The position numbers and the translations under genes were made by a program. A stretch of 64,000 bases of DNA from NCBI RefSeq assembly GCF_006345805.1, contig NC_043022.1, positions 15,748,001 through 15,812,000 of the forward strand, in the 5' to 3' direction. The notes below the pieces were generated by a model that did no database searches, had not been told where the DNA came from, and worked only from the letters and a program-made list of their open reading frames with translations. The DNA is from Octopus sinensis (Eukaryota). How positions within the stretch are numbered: the stretch's first letter is position 1; every line of letters starts with the position of its first letter. Positions 1-11,495 of the stretch are shown here, piece by piece.

Positions 1-410
1 TTAGTCAAAAATTTCAGAGTCTCAAACAGTTGTCTTATAAACAAATATGAGGTTGTCTCAATGTCTTCGCGACAGGATAATCATCCAACACAGTCGTGAT
101 CGATGACCAAACCTAGGGCAAGCGTTTGTTAGCTGACATCATCCATAGACGGAAATTAAACCCATTAGATTTCAACTGGGCTATTTCTATTTGTTATTGC
201 TGCCAGGAGCTGGCACGCCAATCGTCGTAAAGTTGATTGGTCATACATCGAATAGGTTGTAAGTCAATGACGACTTGTGTTGCTGTCTCTGCCCAATGCT
301 GTTATAATCAGAAATAACCTGGCAATTTGTTCTTGGAGAATAAGGTAGGAATACAAAAGATGTAGTTATATATAAGTAAAGTAAATTTTGTTTGGGATTT
401 TTTTTTATAG

Positions 411-555
411 ATTCACTGCTACGGAGAAGAAATTTGAATGATTTTGAAGCTGTACGACAGAGAAGACAGATGAAAGCATCGTTCAGTTATTGGAAGACAT
501 CTTGGAGAAATTCTCAGATAAGTAGAAAATGGTTCTGCCAACATTTGAAATTGAG
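411..555 (+). CDS. Sfi1-repeat gene exon (DSLLRRR...QHLKLR)
   Basis: tttttatag| acceptor and AG|gtttgt donor; 145 nt; only one frame is open. Confidence 0.75.
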
Positions 556-1968
556 GTTTGTAATTTCAAACAACTTGTATTTTCAATTAACATTTTAAAT
601 CGTCTTTAATCCATAAAATGATGTGTGTATTTATTTTAGACGTGCTCCTATTCGCTACAACCTGAAAGGCTTTTGCTGAGGGATTTTGTGTTTGTATCGG
701 AGAGAAAATTTCTTTCTACAAAGACTTTGTGTGTGAAGGCATTTTGAACTGAGCTCCAAATGATGTTAGTGGACGACTAGTCACCAGTGCTTTGGCAGCA
801 AGAATCAAAATAAAGATGTGTTCATTTATTTTTAACACACGTCTGTATGCTAGAACACTTGTTCCCAAAGTGGTTGGTCGAAATACTGTTGCTTTGAATT
901 TGCTACAGAAAATGGTCTATGTCTGTGATGGTGAGTGGTGGTGGTGGTGGTGTTGGAGACACTAGGTGCGTGACCTTAGAACCAAGGGGGCGGCAGCCTG
1001 AAAAGGTTTGGGAACCACTGTGCTAGAACATGAAAGTATTTGCCGAAGGGTTTTTCCTTGGAGAAAAAATTTTGTCTCTATGGACTTGTATGTAAAAATA
1101 CTTTGAGCTGAGTTAGCAGACTACAAGACACAAAGTTTCGGTGTGATTTCACCTCATCAGGGACAAATATTTAATGGGTGCAAGAAATCATAATTGTTAT
1201 TATTGTTGCTGCTGTTGTTGCTTAACACCAAGCCATCCTGATTGGGTAGACCAAGGTACAAAGGTTTTCTAGCTGCCCATAGGCTTTCTCAATCAGGGTT
1301 TTCTTTCTGTTAAGAAACAACATCCCCCTCCTGCCTTCATCATCATCATCATCATCGTTTAACGTCCGTTTTCCATGCTAGCATGGGTTGGACGGTTCAA
1401 CTGGGGTCTGGGAAGCCAGGAGGCTGCGCCAGGCCCAGTCTGATGTGGCAGTGTTTCTACAGCTGGATGCCCTTCCTAACGCCAACCACTCCGAGAGTGC
1501 AATGGGTGCTTTTTATGTGCCACCTGCACAGGTGCCAGACGAGGCTGGCAAACGGCCATGATCGGATGGTGCTTTTTACGTGCCACCAGCACTCCAAGAA
1601 AATCAATACTGTCAATAACTTTCTGTTTTCTGTTCAAATATTAGGTCGTTTGAAGTCTGGTGGTTGTACGTCAGCCACAGAAACCAACTCAGAGTCCAAC
1701 TAAACAAACTTACATGTTCAGTGAAAAGAAGATATTTGTATACCAGTTATATAAGGTGGAAAGACAAGACTGTAAGTCGTACGGCTGAACGGACCCAAAG
1801 ACAGCGCCATGCCGACATGGCCAAATTTCACTTTACACGACGACTTTGGTGAGTCTTTAGATATTTACAAACATAATATATTCTCTTTTACTTGTTTCAG
1901 TCATTTGACTGCGGCCATGCTGGAACACATATATGTGCATATATGTATATATATATATGTGTGTGTGT

Positions 1969-1999
<31 letters not shown>

Positions 2000-2000
2000 T

Positions 2001-2032
<32 letters not shown>

Positions 2033-3226
2033 GCACATACATGTATGTATATACAGATATATACATACATATGTACATTCATACACCTTTGTATACTCTT
2101 TTACTTGTTTCAGTCATTTGACTGTGGCCATGCTGGAGCACCACCTTTAGTCGAGCAAATCAACCTCAGGACTTATTCTTTGTAAGCCTAGTTCTTATTC
2201 TATCAGTCTCTTTTGTCGAACCGCTAAGTTAGAGAACAGCCATACTGGGGCACGACCTTCAAGAATTATGAGTTGGACGAATGAACCCCAGCCCTTGTGC
2301 TTTTAAGCTCAGTACCTGAGTCTTTAGCATTTATTTTGACAGTGCTGAGTTTAAACTCGAAACAGGTATCAAACAAGGCGGCGAGCTGGCAGAAACGTTA
2401 GCATGCCGGGCGAAATGCTTAGCGGTATTTCGTCTGCTGTTACGTTCTGAGTTCAAATTCCACTGAGGTCGACTTTGCCTTTCATCCTTTCGGGGTCGAT
2501 AAATTAAGTACCAGTTACGCACTGGGGTCGATATAATCGACTTAATACCTATGTCTGTCCTTGTTTGTCCCCTCTATGTTTAGCCCCTTGTGGGTAATAA
2601 AGAAATAGGTATCAAACAAGCTATGGTCATGTATCTAGGGCAGTGGTTTTCAACCAGGGTTCCGCGGAACCTTAGGGTCCCGCCAGTACAGTCCAGGGGT
2701 TCCGCAGGAAGTTACAAAACTGCCAAAATCGGCAGTAATTTTTAATTCTCCTGTGCAGCTATGTGTGCATAAGACAATCAAATTATTGCACAGGGGTTCC
2801 TCGAGCCAGTGGAATGTTTCCTTGGGGTTCCGCTCCAGCAAAAAGTTTGAAAAGCACTGATCTAGGGTGATGGTCATTTGTCTACATCGTATATTCCAGT
2901 TGGTCTTTTACAGAGAACTGTAAACATTCACACGTGTTAAATACTTAATCCGTCGGATTATCGGCAAATTATGTAATGATTACCAAACAGATGGCATTTC
3001 TCAATGTTTGGTTTTTTTCTCTTATCTTTACAAGATAACATTTATTGGCACACCATGTATGTATATGTGTGTGCGTGTGAGTGAGTGTGTGTGTATGCAT
3101 ATATGTATGTATTTATCTCTATGTACGAATGTACACATGTATATGTATGTATATATATATAAGTATATATATGTATGTGTATATATATGTATGTATATGT
3201 ATTATATGCACATATACATACATATA

Positions 3227-3263
<37 letters not shown>

Positions 3264-3317
3264 GCATATATATATATACATATATACATATATATAACTT
3301 ATATATATTTATAAACA

Positions 3318-3359
<42 letters not shown>

Positions 3360-4654
3360 TACATATATATATATATATATGTATATATGTGTATATATAT
3401 ATGTATGTTTATATATGTATATACATGTATGTGTGCATGTGTGTGTGTATTTATACATGCATATATCAATTTCTATCTCTGTCTCTCTTCCCGTTTCTTC
3501 CTCCTTCCCTCCCTCTCTCTCTCTCCCTCCCACTCTCTCTGTCTGTCTGTCTCTCTCTCTCCCTCCCCCCTCTCTCTCTACACACATATATTAAGGTACG
3601 CATGAACTCAACAGCATATGTCAGAGAACGAACTCCATCACACTCGGATGTGATACGCATGTAAAAGAAGGAAACAAGAATTCACAAACAATCGCGAACG
3701 TTGCCAGGCTGTCACGTAAGCCCCCTGGTCGAACAAAACACTGCCAAAACAGCACAACACACCACAATGAATAAAATATGAATATATTGCCCCCGCAAAG
3801 CCCTTCAGATGCCTTTTATTGTGTCAGTGCAAAGGCCTCGATTCTGGCAAGCAGGAAGTTGTGTCAACCTGTTATTAAAAGCCTTAAATGACAGTTACAA
3901 CAACAACTAATTATTGAGAGCAACTGTCGCTGGTTTGTTCACCTACTCAGGCGTGTATGAGTGGAGGCGCAATGGCCCAGTGGTTAGGGCAGCGGACTTG
4001 CGGTCATAGGATCACGGTTTCGATTCCCAGACCGGGCGTTGTGAGTGTTTATTGAGTGAAAACACCTAAAAAGCTCCACGAGGCTCTGGCAGGGGATGGC
4101 GGTGATCCCTGCTGAACTCTTTCACCACATCTTTCTCTCACTCTTACTTCCTGTTTCTGTTGTACCTGTATTTCAAAGGGCCGGCCTTGTCACTCTCTGT
4201 GTCACGCTGAATATCCCCGAGAACTACGTTAAGGGTACACGTGTCTGTGGAGTGCTCAGCCACTTACACGTTAATTTCACGAGCAGGCTGTTCCGCTGAT
4301 TCGGATCAACCGGAACCCTCGTCATCGTAACCGACGGAGTGCTTCCACATGCGTGTATGTATCTCGTGGCTTAGGGGTTAGGGTTTTGCATCCATGAGTT
4401 ATAGATAATGGGTTCGAATCCTGGATCGGGCAGCGTATTGTGTTCTTGAGCAAAACACTTCATTTCATATTTGCTCCGGTAGACTAAGCTGTAAGGGGAT
4501 AATCCTGTGAGGGATTAGCCTTCCAATCAGGGGGAATGTTGACCTGGTCTCCTTGCCAGTAGGGAGGCATTATTCAAAAGCTAAAAGCGATGCAAAAGTG
4601 CATTGTGATCAGCAATGTATAACATCTTATTGTCTGGTAGGTCATGTGATCACG

Positions 4655-4704
<50 letters not shown>

Positions 4705-5068
4705 CGCATGGCTCAGTGGTTAGAGCGTCGAGCTTACGATCGTGAGGTTGTGAGCTCGAATCCCGGACCGGGCTGCGTGTTGTGTTCTTGAGCAAGACAC
4801 TTTATTTCACGTTGCTCCAGTTCACTCAGCTGTAGAAATGAGTTGCGACGTCACTGGTGCCAAGCTGTATCGACCTTTGCCTTTCTCTTGGACAACACTG
4901 GTGGTGTGGAGAGGGGAGGCTGGTATGCATGGGCGACTGCTGGACTTCCATGAAACAACCTTGCCCGGACTTGTGTCTAGGAGGGTAACTTTCTAGGTGC
5001 AATCCCATGGTCATTCATGACCGAAGGGGGTCTTTACCCTTTTATATATATATATGCATGTGTGTGTA

Positions 5069-5109
<41 letters not shown>

Positions 5110-6402
5110 AACTAAACTTACAGAACAAACAAATGCAAGGTCATCCACATAACATTTCATATCTCAAACATTTAATCAAAGAATATACATTTAAACATCA
5201 CGGAAGATGAAACATAACTCATCTGTACAAGCATATAAGAAAGTGCGAGAAAAAATGTGTGAATACAGTTCATCACGGTTAAAAGTTAATACTTTAGCGA
5301 TTAAGAAATATATATTTTTTAAAAAACATTACAACACCTAGAAAATAAATACGTAAAAATATAGTATAAAGTAATATATAAATATATAGGTATATAAAAA
5401 TATATAAAAATATATATATCTCTCTCTATATAAACGGCAGTTTGTCTGTCTGTGTGTCTGTCGGGTTGTACCCTCACCCTGACCACGGCTTTCAACCGAT
5501 TCTGATGAAACTTGACACACACATAGCCCAATGTCATAATTCAAAACTAACGCAGCAAAAATTTTGAAAAGTTCCCCCAGTTCTGAAAAAAATCGATAAA
5601 TTCGACATGGGGTCAAGAATCTAAGCTTTTTATATGCAACACGTTTTCTGTTGTAGTTTTCGCAACTTGCAATCGATTTTCACCAAACTCATGGTGAAGC
5701 TTAATGTTACCCTAAGAAACTTAATTCTGACGTTCGTTTTCCATGCAATACCTTACCATCAGAAAAAATCGATAAAATCATGCCATTTTGGGAAATCGCG
5801 TTTTCGCCCAAAGGGACAGCTAAGAACATCGTATACACAGGGGACATTGCAACCTACACATGCACCTTCGTTCCCTAGAGGGAAAGGACTAGATTGGGAT
5901 TAGTCGTTACCTACTAGTGGCTCTTACATACTCGGGCAACGCCGGGCTATGCTGCTAGTATATATAGGAAGCATATAAATAAGTAATATATAATATATAA
6001 TGTAAAAATAAAAGTTCATCGTTTAGAAAATCTTTTAAAAATTACTTTTCAAATAAGGGAAACCTATAGTTAAAAGGGAAACCTATAGTTAAACTATAGG
6101 TTTCCCTTATTTGAAAAGTAATTTTTAAAAGATTTTCTAAACGATGAACTTTGAAGTTGAAACAGTTTAAAGACAAAAAAAGATTAATTCATATTGAACC
6201 TTTGTTCTTATTTTCTTCCCTTCTTCAAGTCTTCAAGTATTCCACGTCTGGCACAATGAAATCCTTGTGTCGCAGAATATAGCCAGACGCCGGTTCAGGC
6301 TCAGTTATAAATATTGCCAACGATGGAAATACCGAGTGGATTTGATTTCTACAGCAATATTCTGGGTAACTATTATTATTATCATCATCATCATCATCAT
6401 CA

Positions 6403-6451
<49 letters not shown>

Positions 6452-7420
6452 AAAAGACACAGCTTATTTTGCTAGGTATTATGGAAAGTGTCTGCAGTCC
6501 ACAGCCAGGTGACACTTGTTTACTGGTCATACTTCAAGAACCCTGCAAAGAATTCTTGCAATTCCTAGCAAAGTTTATTCTTGTAGGTGTTCTATCTTCA
6601 CACTTGTCACTCTCTGTGTCACGCTGAATATCCCCGAGAACTACGTTAAGGGTACACGTGTCTGTGGAGTGCTCAGCCACTTACACGTTAATTTCACGAG
6701 CAGGCTGTTCCGTTGATTCGGATCAACCGGAACCCTCGTCGTCGTAACCGATGGAGTGCTTCCATCCATCCCTTACAATAAATATCACCAGGGCTTCATG
6801 CGTTTTAATTATAATTATTTATCTTGTTTTACTTTCTCCAGAATGAAAAGCAAATTTATAAAAGAATATGGGTCAATTGGCGCCATACTTACCTCAGAGA
6901 GATCTGCTCAATGAAAATTGTTCAAGAATTTACAAAACAGCGTCAAATTCAAGTAAGAATTTTGCTTTAACCCTTTAGTGTTTGCATTATTCTGCCAAAA
7001 TTAATCCTTTTTTATCCACATTGCTTTGAACTAATCAGGCATTATCTTGCTGCTATGAGATTTTGATGAGGTAGCTGTTAATTTTTAAAATGATATTGTA
7101 GGGCTGGTGTGAGAGACCAGATCTGGCCAGTTTGAACATAAAACAGGCAGAATACTTTTGGCCGGATATGGCCGGTTTAAACGCTAAAGAGTTAAATTTC
7201 TAAGATGAGAAATCGTCATAATGAAAAGCTTGTTTACAAAACCAGATGTATGCATTGGAGTGACTTTTGAGTAATTGTTTCAATCAATTCTTCACCACAT
7301 TATTTACATTATTTACATTTGGCAGATATTTGTCCTCATCTTGTTTGTTGTTAACACAATGTTTTGGCTGATATACCCTCCAGCCTTCATCAGATATATG
7401 GTGTAGTGAGCTTGACAGGG

Positions 7421-7455
<35 letters not shown>

Positions 7456-8051
7456 AATCATCATCATCATCATCGTCTTCATCGTTTAACATCTGTTTTC
7501 CATGCTGGCATGGGTTGGACGGTTTGACTGGGGTCTGGGAAGCCAGGAGGCTGCACCAGGCTCCAGTCTGATCTGGAAGTGTTTCTACAGCTGGATGCCC
7601 TTCCTAATGCCAACCACTCCAAGAGTGTAGTGGGTGCTTTTTATGTGCCACTGGCACAGCGACCAGAGGGGGCTGGCAATGACCACAATCAGTTGGTGCC
7701 ACTGGCACGGAAGCCAGTCAAGGAGGTGCTGGCACCGGCCATGTTCGAATGGTATATATATTTATTTATGCACCCTTTTCAAGCCTAGCCAGGCTCATGG
7801 GCCCGGTTTCTGTGGCGTATGTGTTCCCCCAGCTGGATGGGACGCCAGTCCATCGCAGTGTTACTCAAGAAACAGGAAGAGAGAGTGAGAGAAAGTTGGA
7901 GCGAAAGAGTACAACAGGGTTCACCACCACCCCCTGCTGGAGCCTCGTGGTGCTTTAGGTGTTTTCGCTCAATAATTGCACACAACGCTTGCTCTAGGAA
8001 TCGAAACCGCGAGGCCGCTGCCCTAACCACTGGGCCATTGTGCCTCCACAG

Positions 8052-8092
<41 letters not shown>

Positions 8093-9326
8093 GATAAATT
8101 ATCCTGGTGGATAATTGATGAAATTGCAGCGATTAGGATGCATGATTGCATGCAGAGCAATGGGCAGCTGGTGCAGCAGAAACAAATGTTGGTCATTGTT
8201 ATATATGGTGTAGAAAACTGTTTTAATTAAAGTTTCGGATGTGAATAAATATATATGAGGGCTTCTTTCAGTTTCAAAGTACCAAATCCACTCACCAGGT
8301 TTTGGTTAGTTTGGGGCCATAGTAGAAGGCATTTGCCTAAGGTACCATGCAGTGGGACTGAACTCGGAATCATGTTAGTTTGGAAACTAACTTCTTACCA
8401 CACAAACAAGGCGGTGCCTGTATATTATGTTTGTGTGTGTACCATATACATTGTTTCTCTGTATTTGTGTGTATGTGTGTGTAAGTACATGTATGTATGT
8501 AGGTATTTATAGGCACAGGAGTGGCTGTGTGGTAAGTAGCTTGTTTACCAACCACATGGTTCCGGGTTCAGTCCTACAGCGTGGCACCTTGGGTAAGTGT
8601 CTTCTACTATAGCCTCGGGCCGACCAAAGCCTTGTGAGTGGATTTGGTAGACGGAAACTGAAAGAAGCCCGTCGTATATATGTATGCCAGCCTCGTCTGG
8701 CACCTGTGTCGGTGGCACATAAAAACACCATCCGAGCGTGGCCGTTCGCCAGCCTCGTCTGGCACCTGTGTCGGTGGCACATAAAATCACCCACTACACT
8801 CTCGGAGTGGTTGGCGTTAGGAAGGGCATCCAGCTGTAGAAACACTGCCAGATCTGACTGGCCTGGTGCAGCCTTCGGGCTCCCCAGACCCCAGTTGAAC
8901 CGTCCAACCCATGCTAGCATGGAAAACGGACGCTAAATGATGATGATGATGATGATGATGATATGCATGTGTCTGTGTTTGTCCCCCTAGCATTGCTTGA
9001 CAACCGATGCTGGTGTGTTTATGTCCCCGTTACTTAGCGGTTCGGCAAAAGAGGCCGATAGAATAAGTACTGGGCTTACAAAAGAATAAGTCCCGGGGTC
9101 GAGCTGCTCGATTAAAGGCGGTGCTCCAGCATGGCCACAGTCAAATGACTGAAACAAGTAAAAAAAAAAATGTATATATATATATGTGTGTGTGTGTATT
9201 TTATAAATTTTGCGGTTATCTTCTGTCTATCAACAGATCTTCCATGCATGGCATCAACTCTGTGTTTGCAAGAACAGACGCTACGATAGTTTCTCTTCTA
9301 GCATCCTGCAACAGTTGAGTCATTAA
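411..9326 (+). CDS. Sfi1-repeat-containing protein (SFI1/CCDC191-like, centrin-binding type), 3' part; exons 411-555, 1645-1848, 6230-6365, 6476-6508, 6842-6952, 9237-9326
   Basis: All junctions are AG/GT and phase-compatible (1-2, 2-2, 2-0, 0-0, 0-0, 0-stop). The spliced product (about 238 aa) is basic and helical with recurring F/L-x-x-W-[KRH] units: [72 protein letters not shown]. These match the Sfi1 repeat pattern. The 5' exons are not identified here (probably outside the window), and the last exon is less certain. Confidence 0.75.
856..1020. mobile_element. hAT-type MITE
   Basis: Imperfect TIRs cacttgttcccaaa / tttgggaaccactg; 8-bp TSD tgctagaa at 848-855 and 1021-1028. Confidence 0.75.
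1645..1848 (+). CDS. Sfi1-repeat gene exon (SFEVWWLY...FHFTRRL)
   Basis: aatattag| acceptor and TG|gtgagt donor; 204 nt; overlaps ORF 1664..1852. Confidence 0.8.
2378..2606 (+). mobile_element. tRNA-derived SINE family C with a Meta-like central domain
   Basis: ggtcgactttgcctttcatcctttcggggtcgataaattaagtaccag resembles the MetaSINE core as I recall it; 14-bp TSD aggtatcaaacaag at 2364-2377 and 2607-2620. Other copies at 12275-12495, 39542-39765, 42700-42902(-) and 60040-60246(-). Confidence 0.8.
2641..2859 (+). mobile_element. hAT (Charlie-like) MITE
   Basis: TIRs cagtggttttcaac / tttgaaaagcactg; 8-bp TSD atctaggg at 2633-2640 and 2860-2867. Confidence 0.85.
3961..4350 (+). mobile_element. 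tRNA-derived SINE family A (~390 bp)
   Basis: A/B-box-like head (tggcccagtggttag...gtttcgattccc); TSD gcgtgtatg at 3951-3959 and 4351-4359. Other full copies at 29935-30316(-), 38620-38998(-) and 60259-60648(+); partial copies near 6603, 7855, 22915, 23340, 23810 and 43450. Confidence 0.85.
4705..5042 (+). mobile_element. tRNA-derived SINE family D
   Basis: tRNA-like head tggctcagtggttagagcg...ctcgaatccc, then tgtgttcttgagcaagacacttt; degraded relatives at about 4365-4600 and 59045-59260. Confidence 0.7.
5419..5958 (+). mobile_element. Non-autonomous Helitron
   Basis: 5' TC; 3' hairpin (ctcgggcaacgccggg) followed by CTAG; inserted between A and T. Confidence 0.7.
6011..6152. repeat. Perfect 61-bp inverted repeat with a 20-nt spacer
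   Basis: 6011-6071 is the exact reverse complement of 6092-6152. Confidence 0.95.
6230..6365 (+). CDS. Sfi1-repeat gene exon (CLQVFHVWH...STAIFW)
   Basis: ttttcttcccttcttcaag| acceptor and TGG|gtaact donor; 136 nt. Confidence 0.75.
6476..6508 (+). CDS. Sfi1-repeat gene 33-nt microexon ([11 protein letters not shown])
   Basis: ttattttgctag| acceptor and CAG|gtgaca donor; phase 0-0; completes the F-x-x-x-W-K unit. Confidence 0.55.
6842..6952 (+). CDS. Sfi1-repeat gene exon ([15 protein letters not shown]...QRQIQ)
   Basis: ttttactttctccag| acceptor and CAA|gtaaga donor; 111 nt. Confidence 0.8.
8512..9165 (+). mobile_element. SINE family B with a nested (GAT)n-tailed element at about 8685-8960
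   Basis: The insert sits in the internal microsatellite and carries a 39-bp tandem duplication; the same (GAT)n-tailed family occurs at 1340-1600(-) and 7460-7740(-). Confidence 0.7.
9237..9326 (+). CDS. Sfi1-repeat gene, putative last coding exon (IFHAWHQL...QLSH*)
   Basis: tcttctgtctatcaacag| acceptor, phase 0; TAA at 9324-9326. Confidence 0.6.
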   Translation: MFHAWHQLCVCKNRRYDSFSSSILQQLSH

Positions 9327-10519
9327 TTCTTTGCCAAGACTGCCAACACACCGAAATTCTTCAGCTGCTGCCAAAGGCCGCTCTTGGACTTAGGCCCTTT
9401 TGCTTCTTTCCTGGCTGTGATTTCCAGATTGCTACACAGTTTTTGAGGTATATTTGTTACTTCTCTTTTGTTAATTAAATAACTATCCCATAATTCCTGC
9501 AGTTTGTTGTTGTTGTTGTTGTTGTTATTTTTTTGTTGTTGTTATTGCTCGGCAATTTTATCAAAGTGAACGGCCCCACTCTAATTATGTCTGTACCTCA
9601 AAGAAAGACGACGTGAAGAGGGAACGTACCTCAGTGGTCAGAGCGACCGTGGTGCCGTTGAGACCCCAGAAGCGGCCCCAATCAATCTCCCGCTTTGGGG
9701 GAATTTTTCGTTGTTAGAATTTATATTATTGTTTTCACTGTTTACACGCTTCTGTTTATGTAACCCCACATTATATTATCCTGTACCGTCCCCAACGTTT
9801 TTTGTGAACCCTTGATGGTAAATAATGAAAGCATTATTTTAAGATATGATTCTGTTTAACTCTAAGAGAAGCCTGAATTAGGAGACACGAATAAAAAATA
9901 TTTCAATTATGACGATAATGTCTTAATTTCAGGTATAGTGCACCTAGGAGTACATAAACCAAGATGTGTTTCCATTTATAAGATAGCAGCGTGAAATTTG
10001 AGGCAGAACTGGTTGTTATTTCTCACAGGTCGAGAGACCACATAGATACCCTTATATCGACTCTTGTGAAGATTGTGTTATGATACCTAGTGACTGATAC
10101 ACACCGTGTGCTGGGGAATGTGTGTATGTGTGTGTGTGTGTACATGTGTCCAAGAAATTTAGGAGTAATATTCTTGGGAACATACGTCCATTAATGTTAC
10201 GGAGCAACTGGAATGCCCTTCTACAAGCACGCTGGGATTGAGTTGGGTCAGCAGAAGGAAGGGGCTGGATAAAAAAAAGGCTTTTCGTCCTTGTTCAGAC
10301 GTTTCTAACTGCCCGACGGTCATCGACGAACGGCTGGAAATGTGCCGTCTTGAACTTGTCCGAATCACTGTAGATCCTCCCCTGCTCCTATTCAAAGACA
10401 ACTTTAAGTTATCTACAGGGGACTGAGTCCTCGAGTAAAGCGAAAGGTGATTAACAGGTTTTTACACAAGTCAAGACAGGCCTCATCAGTGGAAAGAGAT
10501 GACGTCGTTGCTGGTATGG

Positions 10520-11495
10520 AATACTTATTTCTTTACTAACCACAAGGGGCTAAACACAGAGAGGACAAACAGAGACAGAAAAACGGATTAAGTCGATTAT
10601 ATCGACCCCAGTGCGTAACTGGTACTTATTTAATTGACCCAGAAAGGATGAAAGGCAAAGTCGACCTCGGCGGAATTTGAACTCAGAACGTAGCGGCAGA
10701 TGAAATACCTATTTCTTTACTACCCACAAGGGGCTAAACACAGAAGGGACAAACAAGGACAGACAAACGGATTAAGTCGATTATATCGACCCCAGTGCGT
10801 AACTGGAACTTATTTAATCGACCCAGAAAGGATGAAAGGCAAAGTCGACCTCGGCGGAATTTGAACTCAGAATGTAGCGGCAGACGAAATACCTATTTCT
10901 TTACTACCCACATGGGGCTAAACATAGGGAGGACAAACAAAGACAGACAAATGGATTAAGTCGATTATATCAACCCCAGTGTGTAACTGGTACTTATTTA
11001 ATTGACCCAGAAAGGATGAAAGGCAAAGTCGACCTCGGCGGAATTTGAACTCAGAACGTAGCGGCAGATGAAATACCTATTTCTTTACTACCCACAAGGG
11101 GCTAAACACAGAAGGGACAAACAAGGACAGACAAACGGATTAAGTCGATTATATCGACCCCAGTGCGTAACTGGTACTTATTTAATCGACCCAGAAAGGA
11201 TGAAAGGCAAAGTCGACCTCGGCGGAATTTGAACTCAGAATGTAGCGGCAGACGAAATACCTATTTCTTTACTACCCACAAGGGGCTAAACACAGAGAGG
11301 ACAAACAAAGACAGACAAATGGATTAAGTCGATTATATCAACCCCAGTGTGTAACTGGTACTTATTTAATTGACCCAGAAAGGATGAAAGTCAAAGTCGA
11401 CCTCAGCGGAATTTGAATCCAGAACGTAGTGGCAGATGAAATACCGCTAAGCATTTCGCCCGGCGTGCTAATGATTCTGCCAGCTCGGTGCCTTT
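10520..11495 (-). repeat. Head-to-tail array of 5 SINE-C units, 184-bp period
   Basis: Unit landmarks at 10526, 10710, 10894, 11078 and 11262; a single intact head at about 11446-11495. Confidence 0.9.

Noticed and set aside
640-800. Possible exon after the ttattttag acceptor at about 639
   Set aside because: The required phase 2 frame stops after 13 codons, whereas skipping to 1645 keeps the Sfi1 repeat intact.
1809-3664. Numerous Tyr/Ile/Met/Cys-rich ORFs (also at 18.7-19.9, 44-45, 48, 58 and 62.5-63.3 kb)
   Set aside because: (AT)n, (GT)n, (ATAC)n and (ATCT)n microsatellites.
3961-4040. tRNA-like sequences at SINE heads (also 4705, 60259)
   Set aside because: They have A/B boxes but no proper acceptor stem and continue into SINE bodies; not tRNA genes.
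4373-4387. TTAGGG-like telomeric units (also 53961-53988)
   Set aside because: Only 2-4 degenerate units; too short to call an interstitial telomeric array.
10520-11495. CRISPR-like periodicity (also 33968-34493)
   Set aside because: No unique spacers, eukaryotic context, no cas genes.
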